Shown in pieces: positions 1 through 12,849 of a DNA stretch of 59,385 nucleotides. Numbering within the stretch: position 1 is the stretch's first letter; every line of letters starts with the position of its first letter. Source of the stretch: Octopus bimaculoides (Eukaryota); NCBI RefSeq assembly GCF_001194135.2, contig NC_068982.1, positions 109,450,731 to 109,510,115 on the forward strand, given 5' to 3'. A program made the translations under genes and the position numbers. The notes under the pieces were generated by a model. It saw only the letters and a program-made list of their open reading frames with translations. It had not been told where the DNA came from and did not search any database.

Positions 1-57
<57 letters not shown>
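1..57. repeat. (AC)n microsatellite, one of many; others at about 4780-4815, 11965-12068, 23533-23630, 33720-33778, 33965-34085, 36849-36930, 37960-38086, 40470-40535, 51570-51745, 51950-52180, 56620-56800, 59331-59385
   Basis: Read directly from the sequence. Confidence 0.95.
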
Positions 58-58
<1 letters not shown>

Positions 59-539
59 GAACATAAATGGGGGGCTAAAATTTATAACAGCTCTTTCAGT
101 AGTGTATTATAGATGTATTCATAGATTACATCATAGCATATTATCCACCATTTTCAAGTAAAATTTTAAGCAGGTATGAACAAATGAGATAAAACCTTGA
201 TGATAAAGATTTCAACCAACGCATTGAAAAAGTGGTATTTTAAAAAATAACTTGCAAATTTATAGAGAAACTAGGAGTGGTTATAACGGGCATGCGAGAA
301 GCAGCGAGATCAAACGACTCTATTATTTCAATACAACTATCTAAATTACTTTATAGCTAAAACTAGCTATCAGAAGGTGTAAGAAACACACAAGCTGTGG
401 CCAAGATATGTCCTTAAGGTCATTAAAACCAGGAAAATATCTAGTCAGTTAAGTGAGATTAAAGAAAGCAGACCCCAGGGTAGCAGAAAGTCATGAAACT
501 GTCATTTCCTTTTCAGGCACTTACACACTTACATGCGAA

Positions 540-680
540 TAACTTCTGGGGTCGATTCGTAGAACTGAGCTTCTTCAAGGTGGTGTCCCAGCATAACTTC
601 AGTCTAATGACTAAAATCCTTCAAGGCGATGCTCCAGCATGGCTTCAGTCAAATAACTGAAACAAGTAAAAGAATAAAAG
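540..680 (+). mobile_element. 3' part of a CORE-type octopus SINE with an internal 46-bp tandem duplication
   Basis: ctggggtcgattcg...cttcaaggcgatgctccagcatggc...aactgaaacaagtaaaagaataaaagaata matches the 3' end of the copy at 43135-43478. Units at 573-618 and 619-664. Confidence 0.7.
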
Positions 681-1850
681 AATATTCAGCTGGTGATTCC
701 CTCGAAAATGGAAGAAGCTGGAATTAAAGGATACTGTATAATATATCAAATGGAGTATATATTAATTTATGCTATAAGTAACTCTTACAGGATAAGTTCT
801 ATTATATTCATGCCTTTCTGGTTATATATATATATATATATATATATGTCTCTGTGTGTGTACGTGTATATATATATATACACACGTACATAATGCTTAT
901 ACGTGTGTATACACACACACATACATACATATCTCATCTGTGATTATACTGAACAAGAAAGAAAATAATAACAAATCTAAAAAATACCTAGATCTATGTA
1001 AGACATTTGAATTTACGAATAGCAAAACATATTAAAAGAATATCTTCATTGGCATGGCCGTACCTGTTTGTTTCGACACAAACAAGCACACACATCAAAC
1101 TGTAGATGTTTTTAGTGATGTTCTTAAGAGAATTTGTAAGTTCTTAATGGATCCACATGTATTTTGTCTTTGTGCTGGAATGAATATTAACATGAATATA
1201 TCAAAGGAAATGAACAATAGCTCACGGTGTTAATTCAGATAGTTTGGTATGGTTTTCCTGTTGCCAAACTCCCGTGCTCTCCCTATCCTTACCCCAAAAG
1301 GTCAAATTTGCTTTTGAAAATTCAACATGTATTCATTGTTACAATGATTTGGATTTTGACTCATTCAAAAATTTGCAGATATGTTTTTCCATACATACCA
1401 AATACTCGATTATGCTTAATTCCTTGAGTTAAAAGATGAATTTTATTTGCATACTAAATAAACTGCACACAAAAAAATTAATTTATCACTTTGCATTGCA
1501 TGTCTCCATAGGTATATTATTTTCTTTTCATGAATTCTCTAATTTTTATCTTTCAAAATGAAAAATTTATGTTCGATCTTCCCCAAAATACATTTAAGCC
1601 GCACAAATATGTCAGGCTAAAGTTCATTATTTTCAAATTCACTGCTAAATATAACAATTTCTCATTTCTGAGGTTTCTTTTTGAATTTAAAAAAGGATTT
1701 GCTTGTAAAATATAATCTATAAAAATAAATAAAACAGCATATATAGTGAGGCCTGTTTCATAGTAAGCAATGCAATGCATTAATTTGTAGAGCTAAGAAA
1801 CTAATATCTGTTGATTTTTATTAACTTTCGTGTATCCTCTCTCTTTTCAG

Positions 1851-2090
1851 GCACACAAGCTGTTTATTTTGTTGAAAATCCATACGAGTCTGTAGTAACA
1901 CATTTCAGTGTCGGACAAAATGTGATTAAAGTCCAGCGATTATTTAACATGACTGACAGTGAATCCATTCCACAAATGACCATTCAAAATATTTTGATAA
2001 ATGCAGTTTATGAATTCTCAGACGTAATTCGCTTCCACATCGATGGAGACGGATGGATTAATATCACTCATTTAAATCGAGCACAAACAC
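1851..2090 (+). CDS. Ret: Ret-like receptor tyrosine kinase, coding exon A (CLD1); 240 nt, phase 1 to 1
   Basis: Acceptor ctctctcttttcag|GC and donor CAC|gtaagt. Open frame (G)TQAVYFVENPYESVVTHFSVGQNVIKVQRL...FHIDGDGWINITHLNRAQT. Resembles the RET N-terminus [28 protein letters not shown] (recalled). Phase fits exon B. Confidence 0.85.
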
Positions 2091-3329
2091 GTAAGTTAAA
2101 ACTATTGATATCTTCGATTTTGGTAATTTTTTGTTGAAATTATAATGCATGCAGAATAAAAATTAATTGCACACGCATACACTTGCATCAAGGTATACAC
2201 AACATAAATGTTGAACATATGCATGTCCAAGCACAACATGCTTAATCCAAAACAAAGGAAATTGGCAAATTCTTTTTCACATTTTCAGTTAATCGAAATG
2301 AAATAATATGAATGTTTGACACTGAGTAACAAAAAGAATCACGGTCATGCTCCTTGGCGACACAAAATATTACTGCTGTATATTAGGATTTTAGACGAAT
2401 AAGGCTTAAGTGCAAAGTTGAAGAACCAAAAATTTCAAGATTGCATGGAAATGATTAGGAAAATGAAATTCATTGAGCATTTCGTGACCTAAAGAGATGG
2501 ATTATATATTGTACATACAATCAGGTTTGTTACTAAAACGAGATATGGACAACGAAATATAACCACACAATAACCAACTATAGAGTCGATGTTTCACAAT
2601 CTGGCACTGCTACAGAGGTTAACATCCTCAATTGCTAACTTACCACTTCCTGTTCATCTTGTTGCAAGGGTGAAATAGCTTACTGTTGTTCGTTGGACGT
2701 AATACTGACGTGTTTTTGTTAGAGCTCTCCTACTTTAAGCTTATCACCAGCACCTTCAGAATGAATTAGAAAATGAATATTAGTAAAAACGCATAAATCA
2801 TCACAATGATTACTTGAATAGTGACGTTTACTATGCAAAATCGTAACTCTATATCATGCTGAAAGTATGCAATGGGAAATATATGATAATGTTGAATGTG
2901 TACTTGATGTCTTATTTTGATGTCTTATTGCGAAAGAGAGTATTGGTTATAATTCTAAGCGATTCTTTAAAACTTGTGAGATTGCTGCAGTCATGTTTGG
3001 TAGAAAAGCATTGGCCAATAAGATGTTCCTAATTGTTGTTTAGAGAATTATTGCAAATAATAATAGTATAATATTAGTATAAATAATAGTATATAAATAA
3101 TAGTATAATATCAAAATGACTCACTGTAGCAGTTATGAAGGAAAAGAATACTCAGAATTAACTGAGGTGGCACATTGCTTGATAATTCAGAACAGTGTAT
3201 CTGGGAGCAGACGTCAGTTTCACAAACCTATTAATTGACAAATATAAATACTTGCATCCAGTTATAAGTTTTAATTTTCAGTCAATATCTATTTAATTTC
3301 TGACAGGCACATCATGCTACTTAACCTAG

Positions 3330-3700
3330 CACCATCACTTAACCAGCGGCGCCTTCATCGTTGTTCAATCAATTACAAGCACTCAAACCAGACCGCACAC
3401 ATACAGGCCATTCCATTCACTGGAACCAAATCGCTCACAACTAATTTCACATGTTGGCTCACAGACGTGCTGTCTCCTCTATATGCCGTTCACATCGATA
3501 CGTCTGCAGTCCCTGTTCTTCTATGCAAGCTCGACTTATTTCATCTCTCATCACCCAAATTGTGCCATGCCATATCCCTTGCGCGCTGAATACAAGGCTG
3601 CTATATACAGTCCTTTCTCCCCATTACATCAGTTCTCTTGAGTTCTCTTCTTATGCATGATTTCATTCCAGTAGCTTTTAACTGAAGCTGTTCTAGGGGA
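3330..3700 (+). mobile_element. Degenerate 3' end of a CR1/L2-like LINE ORF2
   Basis: Frame LAHRRAVSSICRSHRY...CSS...LISSLI...TRL resembles the post-RT C-terminal motif of CR1/L2-type LINEs. Related to the remnant near 57900. Confidence 0.45.
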
Positions 3701-4783
3701 ACATTAAGAGCATTATTCTCACTGATTAAGAAAGCCAAGGTACAGGCCCTATTCCTCTCTCACCAAAAATGCACTATACTTTTTATGAATGAGTTAAAAA
3801 CAAGAATGCTGTTTGGTACAGTGGACTGTGATATTGAGCAAACTATATTTAGTTCTCTCCGAAAACGTGAAAGAAACTCTCTGTGACCACACGACCAGTT
3901 CAAAGTAAAAGCAGAGATATTCTTTCAGAATCATACATCACCATCTTAAAAAAAAAAAAAGAGAGGAAATATTGAATAATATAACCACACTTGACATATC
4001 GTTTGAAAAGATGGTATGTTTTTGTGTTCTGCGCAATAAGAGAAGCCCTGGGCCTGAACATCAAAAACAGCGACACCTTAAAGAAAACAGAGTCAAAGTG
4101 TCCGGGGAAAACACAATTAAGGATACTCTGTTTCAATGAATTGTAAAATCTACCGCTTCCCAATTTGTGTAAATATTGATGTATCTATGATATGAATAAC
4201 ATCAAGTGTTATTTTGAAGTTAGGGGCCCAGGTGATCAGAGGCGATCAATAGAATTGAATTATACTAACCACAATCCTTTGATGAAAATGTCTTTGGAAG
4301 AAATCAAAAACCTTTGTTCTACAATATTTCCTTCAATTTTAGTCAGTTGTACATAGTTTTGTTATCTGTCAAGTGTGACAAACCTGAACATTTGACACTG
4401 TTGCCAAACTGCAATTTTAAACATAGTGAGATGAAAATAGTTGTGAGAATATAGTTGAAAGTATTGTTTACAACGAAGAAAATAGATCAGTATAGTTACA
4501 AAATTAGAATCATGTGGATCCCAACAGTAATAAGATAAGATTTTGATTTGAAAATAGCTAAGAAGCAAATAATTGAAACTGAAAATCTATCCTTAGTTTA
4601 GTGACAGTTAAAGTTGAAATTTACTGCAGCAGATGGAGGGAAGGTCATTTAATCCGCGTATAAGAGAAATGACAACAACAGGTTGAGACCACCTAAAGCC
4701 AAGTTTTCCCAGGAGAAATAATAATCTTGAAAGTCTACATACGTACACACACGTACATACATAGCCATACGCGCGCGCACGCA

Positions 4784-4818
<35 letters not shown>

Positions 4819-4824
4819 TTTGAT

Positions 4825-5160
4825 TTGTTTCAATCATTTGACTGTGGCCATACTGTGATACCGCTTCGAGGTGTTTTGTTGAACAAATCAGCCTGGTAAT
4901 TATTTTAAGTTATTCTATTGACACTTTTTGCAGAACTTTTAAGTTGCGTGCACGTAAACGAACCAAATGTGGTTGTGAAGCAGTATGGGTTAACAAAGAC
5001 ATACATATACACATACACATATAGATGTGACATATTTCCATACAGTTCCTTTCTACCATATTCACTCACAGTTTTAATAGAATCTACCTGCCGAATGAAT
5101 CGCTCAACTCGAATTACGTGGTGGCGAAATGAGCTTTGTAACCACGGAGCTATGCCAATA
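4825..5160 (-). mobile_element. Degenerate CORE-type SINE
   Basis: tttcaatcatttgactgtggccatac... through ttcctttctaccatattcactcac...accacggagctatgcc is colinear with the copies at 7368 and 46787. Confidence 0.6.
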
Positions 5161-5366
5161 CATACATACATACATACATACATACATGCATACATAATAC
5201 ACACACACACACACATACACACACACACTCGAAACTGATAATAGTAATGCATTTTTTGTATTTTATGTTGAGATGTTTTAAATTATGCTTACTGTTTGTC
5301 TGTATACCGTAGTAATGGACTACCAACCTTACGTGCTAAGTTTTTTACTCGTTTATAAAAGATTTA

Positions 5367-6330
5367 CGAGGTGATATCAAGAAGTTCCCAGACTAGTTAT
5401 GTTTAATAAAACATAACTTACTTACCTAAGTTTTAACATCATCTCTTTCTAAATAGTCACCTTGCACAGCAATGCGCCGGTCCCAGTATTCTTGTCACTT
5501 TTGGGATCCGGCCTGGAAGTTGTTTCCCGTATGCGAGTCGAGGACCTTCTGTGATTCGCTCTAGATCTCGACAACGGTGTTAAAACGGCAACCTTTGAGC
5601 TGCATTTTTATCTTTGTGAAGAGATCGAAGTCTGCGGGTACTAAATATGGCGAATAGAACGGGTGCAGAAGCGATACCATGTTGTTTTCGGTGAGAAACT
5701 CACGAGTGAGGAGAACTCAGTGACAGGGTGCGTTGTGGTCGTGAAGAATCCAATTCTTCGCGAGCCACAGATCCAGTCACTTTTGCCGAATACTCTCCCC
5801 CAAACACTTTAAAACGTCGCAGTAGAACTCTCGATTGACGGTCTGGCCCTGGAGGACAAATCCTCGATGCACAATTCCGCAGATGTAAAAGACGATGACC
5901 ATACCCTTGATTGAGCTGCAGCTCTGTTGAGCCTTCGGTCGTGGAGATGAATTGCTCTTCCATTGTGACGATTGCTGCTTCGTCTCAGGGTCGTACCCGT
6001 AGACCCAACTCCCGTCATCGGTGATGATCCTCAACGTGAGGGATGAGTCATCAGCGGCACGCTGACAGAGATCTTGACGGACATCGACGTGATATTCTTT
6101 CTGCTCACTGGTCAGAAGGCGGAGGACAAACTTGTCAGAGACACACTGCACGTTCAGACGTTAGGATTGCCTGCACGGACCCATATGACAGACGAACAAC
6201 ATCAGCAATGTATTTGATTCTCCTCCGAAGACCTTCATGCACAAGCTGATGAATTTCCTCCGCATTTCCGGGGGTGACAGGTCTTCCGGATCGCTGATCG
6301 TCTTTCAGGGATGTTGTTTCGCTTTGAAGC
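5367..6330 (-). mobile_element. Decayed mariner (DD34D) transposon, 5'-truncated
   Basis: TA plus TIR-like cgaggtgatatcaagaagttcccagact at 5367. Frameshifted transposase: SLKDDQRSGRP (HTH), RIITDDGSWVYGYDPETKQQSSQW, and remnants of the HDNAP and YSPDL motifs. Second TIR not found. Confidence 0.9.
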
Positions 6331-7367
6331 ACCTATGTAACTCGAAACATTGCGGAATGAATACCAAGCTCGAAATGAATCTTAAGTTGCTGTTATTATC
6401 CCGCATCTGGAATGAATATAAAATTAGTATAGAGGAGAAGGAAATCCAGAAGACTGCATTTCCGAAACTATTATGCAATAAAAAGAATGAACTCTACTTT
6501 TATTTCTAAATGTATTTCCAGCAAAAACTTTGATGTTTATCAGCCCTTGACTGATGAAAATCTTGGGTGACTGCTAATAGATTTGATCTAAAGATCACTA
6601 GAAAGCAAGTATTTTCAAATGCTATAGAGTATCACTAGCCTGTGCACTTAAGTTACAAAATATAGGATGCTTATTTCATGTGAGATACACATGTACGCGT
6701 ACATATATAAAATTTCTAAGCTTCTTGTATACCTCACATTCCAAATGTTTTGCGAAAACTGTTTCAAGTTATTGTCTTCAAGATCAATCACATCAGCTGA
6801 TTTAACCAACTTCCCATTTAGGGTGTGCCACAAATTAGAATTATAGTGCGCGTTTGTTTATTTGGTATTTGGAATTTTGCTATCAACTCTTTCTTCCGGT
6901 ATCTAGGCGTTTTTAAAGACTGTTCTGCAATTTTCGGCCACGAATGGACTCTGAGATTTAGTGGAGCCGTATTTGTAGATTAGATACATTTAAAAGGAGG
7001 AATGCAAATTATTTATACACAAATTCTTCAGGATCTGTGAATGCCTACCGCTTGTCTCTTTAACATCTATTTATGCGTGTATCATAGGACTTATCTTGTA
7101 TCATAAATGTACTGTTGGACGTTTTCGAAAACACAGATTATCTAAATGGCACATGAATGTACGCCCACTCATATGTCAATTGTTTTTCTTCTCTTTATCT
7201 TACGATTGTTTTTATATGTTTCACATATGGGGTGATACACTACAAATAAATGCTTATGTATTCTAATCCATTACACGTGTTGTTTATATGCGTGTATGTG
7301 TATGTATATGGATGTGCATTTATAAATACACATACACTCATATACATGCACACGCGCGCGCGCATCT

Positions 7368-7562
7368 TTTTTATCTCGTACTTGTTTCAGTCATTGGACT
7401 GCAGCCAAGCTGGGTCACTGTCTTGAAGGAGTTCTAGTCGAGTGAGTCAACTCCAGTACTTATTTACTTTTTAAGCCAGGAACTTATTCTATTCCTTTGC
7501 CGAACCAGTTACGGGGATGTAAGCACACCAGCACTGATTGCAAAGAAGCAAAGAGACATAAA

Positions 7563-7660
<98 letters not shown>

Positions 7661-7770
7661 TATATATATATATATAATGAGCTTCTTTCTGTTTCCGTCT
7701 AAGAAATCCATTCAGAAGGCCTTGAATGCACTGAGGCTATAATAGAAGGCACTTGCCCAAGGCGCCACCC
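7368..7770 (-). mobile_element. CORE-type SINE with an expanded internal (CA)n/(TA)n
   Basis: Reverse complement contains ggcgccttgggcaagtgcc (CORE-like GACCTTGGGCAAGT) and the family tail gactgaaacaagt. (AC)n runs about 7563-7656. Confidence 0.8.
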
Positions 7771-7779
7771 CTAAATAAT

Positions 7780-8053
7780 TCATTTTTTTTAAACACTCCA
7801 CCTAACTTACTAATACTAACCTGTTCTCAATAACCATTCATTCAACATCACCACCGCTAGCTTCTTTTAATGATTCCCTCTCGTCACCATCTTTGGTACT
7901 GTATACACCCCACATCCATACCCATATATTTTTGCATCCGTCTATTCTCTACCTACATATCTCTCCTAATGTGTGCCCTGTTTAAGCAACTGACCTAGAC
8001 TCCTTCATTCAGTTCCTGAGGAATCCCTCAGAAGAGACGAAACAGAATATATT

Positions 8054-8055
<2 letters not shown>
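7780..8055 (+). mobile_element. Probable Penelope-like element terminal remnant with a decayed hammerhead-like core
   Basis: C/T-rich tract followed by gttc-CTGAGGA-atccct-caga-agagac-GAAAC-agaat, then (TA)n. Confidence 0.4.
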
Positions 8056-8089
<34 letters not shown>

Positions 8090-8184
8090 AATTTCTTCAC
8101 TCTCTCTTGAAAAAGTTTATGGTGTAACTTCATCATCGGTTGATCCACATCGTAGCAAAGATGGCACAGAATTATTAACAAATT

Positions 8185-8695
8185 AAGGCGGCCAGCTGGC
8201 AGAAACGTTAGCGCGCCGGGCGAAGTGCTTGGCGGTATTTCGTCTGCTNNNNNNNNNNNNNNNNNNNNNNNNNNNNNNNNNNNNNNNNCGCTGGGCGAAA
8301 CGTTTAGCGGAATTTCGTTTGTCTTTACGTTCTGAGTTCAAATTCCGCCGAGGTCGACTTTGTCTTTCATCCTTTCGGAGTTGATTAAACAAGTACCAGT
8401 TACGCACTGGGGTCGATCTAATCGACTTAATCCCTTTGTCTGTCCTTGTATGTCCCCTCTGTGTGTAGCCCCTTGTAGGCAGTAAAGAAATAAGAAACGT
8501 TAGCACGCTGGGCGAAACGTTTAGCGGAATTTCGTTTGTCTTTACGTTCTGAGTTCAAATTCCGCCGAGGTCGACTTTGCTTTTCATCCTTTCGGGTTCG
8601 ATAAATTAAGTACCAGTTGCGTACTGGGGTCGATATAATCTGCTTGCCCGCTCCTTCAAAATTTCGAGCCTTGTGCCTAGAGTAGAAACGAATAT
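8185..8695 (+). mobile_element. Tandem units of a second tRNA-derived octopus SINE family (family A), interrupted by an N gap
   Basis: Head ggcggccagctggcagaaacgttag, B-box-like gagttcaaattcc, and body gtcgactttg(t/c)ctttcatcctttcgg...aagtaccagtt...ctggggtcgat, present twice in full plus a third head. Confidence 0.85.
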
Positions 8696-11354
8696 TTTGC
8701 CGTTACTTGTTAATTCAAATAGATCAACACTTCCTTTTAAACTTTACCAAGATGAAAAAAATTACATTTAAGAAGTCAATTAGCTGCACTAATTTTACTC
8801 ACTTCATGACTATTATCAAGCTTTTAATCAGACTTAGGACACGTTTCTCACAAAATTTACGCAAAATTATTTAAACCTGGAATTCACAATTTCTGATTAA
8901 AAAAAAAAAAATAATAAAGTGTACTGTTAATCCTGCTTTTGAGAAATTTGATCTCAGTTACATAGCAGTGAAAATATTGGTTTCAACATGTAGCAATAGA
9001 GCGTGAAACAAGAAAGAAGAGCTAATCTTGAGGGAATTTCATATTCATTATTTCATTATCTCATTAAGTGTCATATTCTGCTAGTAAATTTATTGAGAAG
9101 TAACATGGGAATTGCAAACAACCACCCGAGATCAATTAGTGGACAGACATTCCACTGATGAAGAGAATATCAAAATATTTAAAACTTTTAACATTATACT
9201 TTTATTCTCACTATAATCAATATCCACAACACAAACAGTTTCCTCAAACGAAGGCACGCAAAGTTTTAGGGAAGGGGAATAGTTCATGGTAAATAAACTG
9301 TGAAGTTGATGCCATCTTGACTTAGCTTCAGCTTATTCATACCTTTTAGTGATCACTCTCTTTTAAAGATTTAAAACAAGTTTGGACCCGGTAAAAATTT
9401 CCTTCACACTATATGCAATACAATTCTTTTAAGAAACAGTAATTGCTAGCATTCAAAACTAGAACCTCGCAGTACTCAATTTTTTCGCAATCAAAATCTT
9501 AATGTATTAAGACAAACCATTTTACATCATCTACTCTAGCACTAGACTTCTTATTCCTCAAATTATTCAAGCAGCAAACCTCATCTTGAAAAATTTCTTC
9601 AAAAGAAATTTTGGATAAACCAACCGTACTTAGCTCTATTTCTACATTCTAGAACTCAGTACAAATGGTAAAAAGTAATAAACTTCGGATATGATATGCA
9701 TTATCTTGGTAGTACAACTGAGTTAGTTGTGGCGTGAACCACTACAGAGTGAAACTTAGCGTTGGTTATGAAAGAATAATGAAGTTAATGCTAAAAATCG
9801 TAATGTGAAAATCAGCGGAACAGAAAACATTTGGTTTGAAACGAAATAGTAATAGAATAGTTTAAAAAGTTTAATTGTTTACCCAATGTTAATTATAATT
9901 ATCCTTTAGAAAGATAGTTCATATAATTTTTAGGGGGCCACAAAAATGCTTATGATTCAGTATTTTGGGTTTCAGATTAGGTGGATTTTTCTGTCACTTT
10001 TGGCTGTACAAAGATTGCAACAATCAAAACCAGTCTTCGATTATAAATTCGACACTTTTTTGATGTGTACCATTTTACTTTACTGTTTCAATTACCAAAT
10101 TTTCTTTTGCATGGGTTATATAATTTGTTCTCATATTGAATAATTAAGTACTATATTATCCGTTTGAGATAAATAAGTATTTACAGTAATTTCCCAAAGC
10201 TAATCCATACTCTTTTCTCTCAGTGACTAAGTGAGTTAAGCTTTGTCCAAAGAAATGAACCATTCCATGACCACGAATCTGTAGTTCAGAGTATGTGCCA
10301 GAAAGAGGAATTCAGTGGTGTTACAGTCAATCAAGTTGAAAGTGGCATTAATTTTAGTTATTACACTGTAAAGCAATAACATTTTGGTCAGCGATAGTAA
10401 ATAACTTATACGTTCATAATTCAAGGACATTGTCCTCGAACTTATCAGGCAGCCTCTATGTGGTCGTTTGAAATGCTAGAAATAGTAGCGACTTTTTCCA
10501 GTTATCACGCCGCACAACCTTAAAAAGCATATGTTAGATAATGTGACCTTATGCTTCCTACACAAACAAGAAAAGAAAAACTCGCCGATCACAGCTGGAA
10601 TGCATTTGATCATAGATATGCTTGATCAAGGATGACTTGCAGATACACAACAACAACAACAAAGTCAACGACAATAAAAACAAAAAGAAAAACAACATGG
10701 ACATTTCCAATTAGGGAGTGACATCTTTGAATTATGAAATAAAGGCATTCAGTTAATGAAGTGAAACCAGAAGATTAACTCCCTGATTAAATTGGGACAT
10801 ATAAGTTAGAATAAAAATGAGAATGTCTTCTGACAGTAGTTGAAATTGTAAATAGCTCCAGAAATGCTAGAATGTCATTGTTGCACATAACAGCTTTCAT
10901 TAGAAAACAGAATTACCTGATCAAGTTTTCTCATGGTCGTCATCATCGACAATTAGAGACCGCATTGTGATGGTGACTTGTTTAACCTGCTTATTCTAAC
11001 CTCATTATATATTATAGGTGAATCTGTACGTCATCAAAAGAGAAGGATAGCTATTACGAGAGATAACTTGAAATTTAATCAGACGTAACCCATAACAACT
11101 AGTAAGAAACTCATCATTCATACCACCTTGATAAGGGTTTTACGATGTCATTTTTGTTTTTAGACTCAAATATCTAAAAAATAACTTCTTTCTTAAACAT
11201 ATTGCAGACAGCAAAAAAGAAACAGTAATTTATTCGTCAAGAATGAGTAAAACAAGGACGAGGCTTCCATGTGGGGAGAAATAAAATATTTTATACAATT
11301 TCCGAAGAGCAGTAGAAATGTAAATGAAGTTTAATATTTCATTTGCAAAAGCAG

Positions 11355-11525
11355 TGAGATGGCAGAATTGTTAGTATGTCGGAAAAAATGCTCAGTGGCA
11401 TTCCGTCTGTCTCTATGTTCTGAGTAACTTTGCCTTTCAACCTCACGGAGGTCGATAAAATAAGTACCAGTTGATCACTGGGGCCGTTGTAATCGACTTA
11501 CCCTTCCCCTCCAAATTGTTGGCCT
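11355..11525 (+). mobile_element. Family A SINE, diverged
   Basis: gatggcagaattgttag...gcctttcaacctcacggaggtcgataaaataagtaccagttgatcactgggg. Confidence 0.7.
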
Positions 11526-12742
11526 ATATGAAAATTTTACAGAACGCCTATTGAATATTTTCCTGTATCTGTGAGTAGTTGTGAGATCTAAGATCCCTAA
11601 CTACCTATTGAACTGCAGTCAACGTTTGCTTCTTAACTTTTTGTTTTTGACATTGAGCGATTAAGGAAGACAATTTTCCCTCCAAATATTAGCATACTGC
11701 CCAGGTTGTAGTAAATCCACTTTCGCAATGTCTACAAGGTCCTATATCACTTAGTCTTTCACTAAAATCGTAATGAAGAACATGTTAGTTTCCTCTATTT
11801 TCTTGGATTCTTATTGTTCTTGATGTTGTTGGTGTTTTCCCCTCAGTTTTATGAGCGGTTTTCGTTTTACATTGAATACTGCATAACAAACTCATCACGT
11901 AACGTTTTCCATAACCAGCAGTCTGACCTTAATTTTTTTATGTTTGTTCGTTCGTTCGTTTGTTTGTTTGTGTGTGTGTGTGTTCATATATGTGTCTGTG
12001 TATGTGTGTATGTGTGTGTGTATATGTGAGTGTGTATGTGTGTGTGTGTATGTGTGTGTGTGTGTGTGATTTGTTAATTCTTTTGTCATATTTGCCAAAT
12101 ATCTAGCTATTGTAATTTTCAGGTTGTCGGTCAGTTTTTGTTTTGATGTTACGTCTAAGCGTGTATTCTCTGCAAAGCCTAGATAGGGTATTCCTTTAGT
12201 TTTCTATCTTTCATCAAACCTACTTTTCACCCCCTGCTTTATCTTCTATTTGCCTTGATTAGCTGTTCATACAATACGTCTTTATTTCTTGCTTTCTTCC
12301 CACTTCGTATTTGTTTCCATTTTTGTTTCCACCATTATTTTCCTGGTGTGTAGACGTAAACATTTCTTTATTTCTCTTAATATACTTATATACTCTTGTT
12401 AATGTTAAGTGTAGTGTATTACAATGAGTAGCTTTCTGTTTCCCGGCACTTTCTTTTTTAGTATATGCAAAGTGCTTAAACTGATTGATGGGTATAACTA
12501 TTTTCTAGAACACATATCAATTACATCAAGTTTGTTTTTCATCCACTAAATGAAATTTGCAGAGTATCTCAGTATTAGAAAATTAACTGAACTATATTTT
12601 CTGGGCAGGTTGAAGGGTTGCTCTAGTCTAGTAATATGGATAAATTTTGAAGAGGCCTTGGACCGACACTAGTACCGTGGAGCATTGGAATTTCGGTATA
12701 AACTCCGTAATCACTAGTGTCACCAGCTGTCTTAACTGAGAT

Positions 12743-12818
12743 GTAGGCAGATGACAGATGCGCTCTGGACTGTCCTGACAGTAGGCAGATGACGGATGCA
12801 CTCCTGACTGTCCTGACA
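12743..12818. repeat. 38-bp imperfect tandem duplication
   Basis: gtaggcagatgacagatgcgctctggactgtcctgaca and gtaggcagatgacggatgcactcctgactgtcctgaca. Confidence 0.9.
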
Positions 12819-12849
12819 TTCCTGGTTTGCGGAGTTTAGCAGAATGGCA

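Noticed and set aside
1-1850. Search for the Ret signal-peptide exon
   Set aside because: No ATG-initiated hydrophobic stretch ending in a phase-1 donor was found; it is presumably upstream of the window.
7484-7742. Poly-HT, CV, YI and similar ORFs throughout the window
   Set aside because: These are translations of (CA)n, (TA)n and (TACA)n microsatellites with no splice or codon support.
8185-8400. tRNA-like A/B boxes in SINE heads as tRNA genes, and recurring SINE cores as a CRISPR-like array
   Set aside because: There is no cloverleaf or acceptor stem, the copies are dispersed and irregular, and the context is eukaryotic.
9155-9185. CTGATGA motifs at about 6551, 9155, 20188 and 41893, CTGACGA at about 33574, and a relic near 11100
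   Set aside because: None has an intact GAAA box with paired helices; at most they are very old PLE relics.
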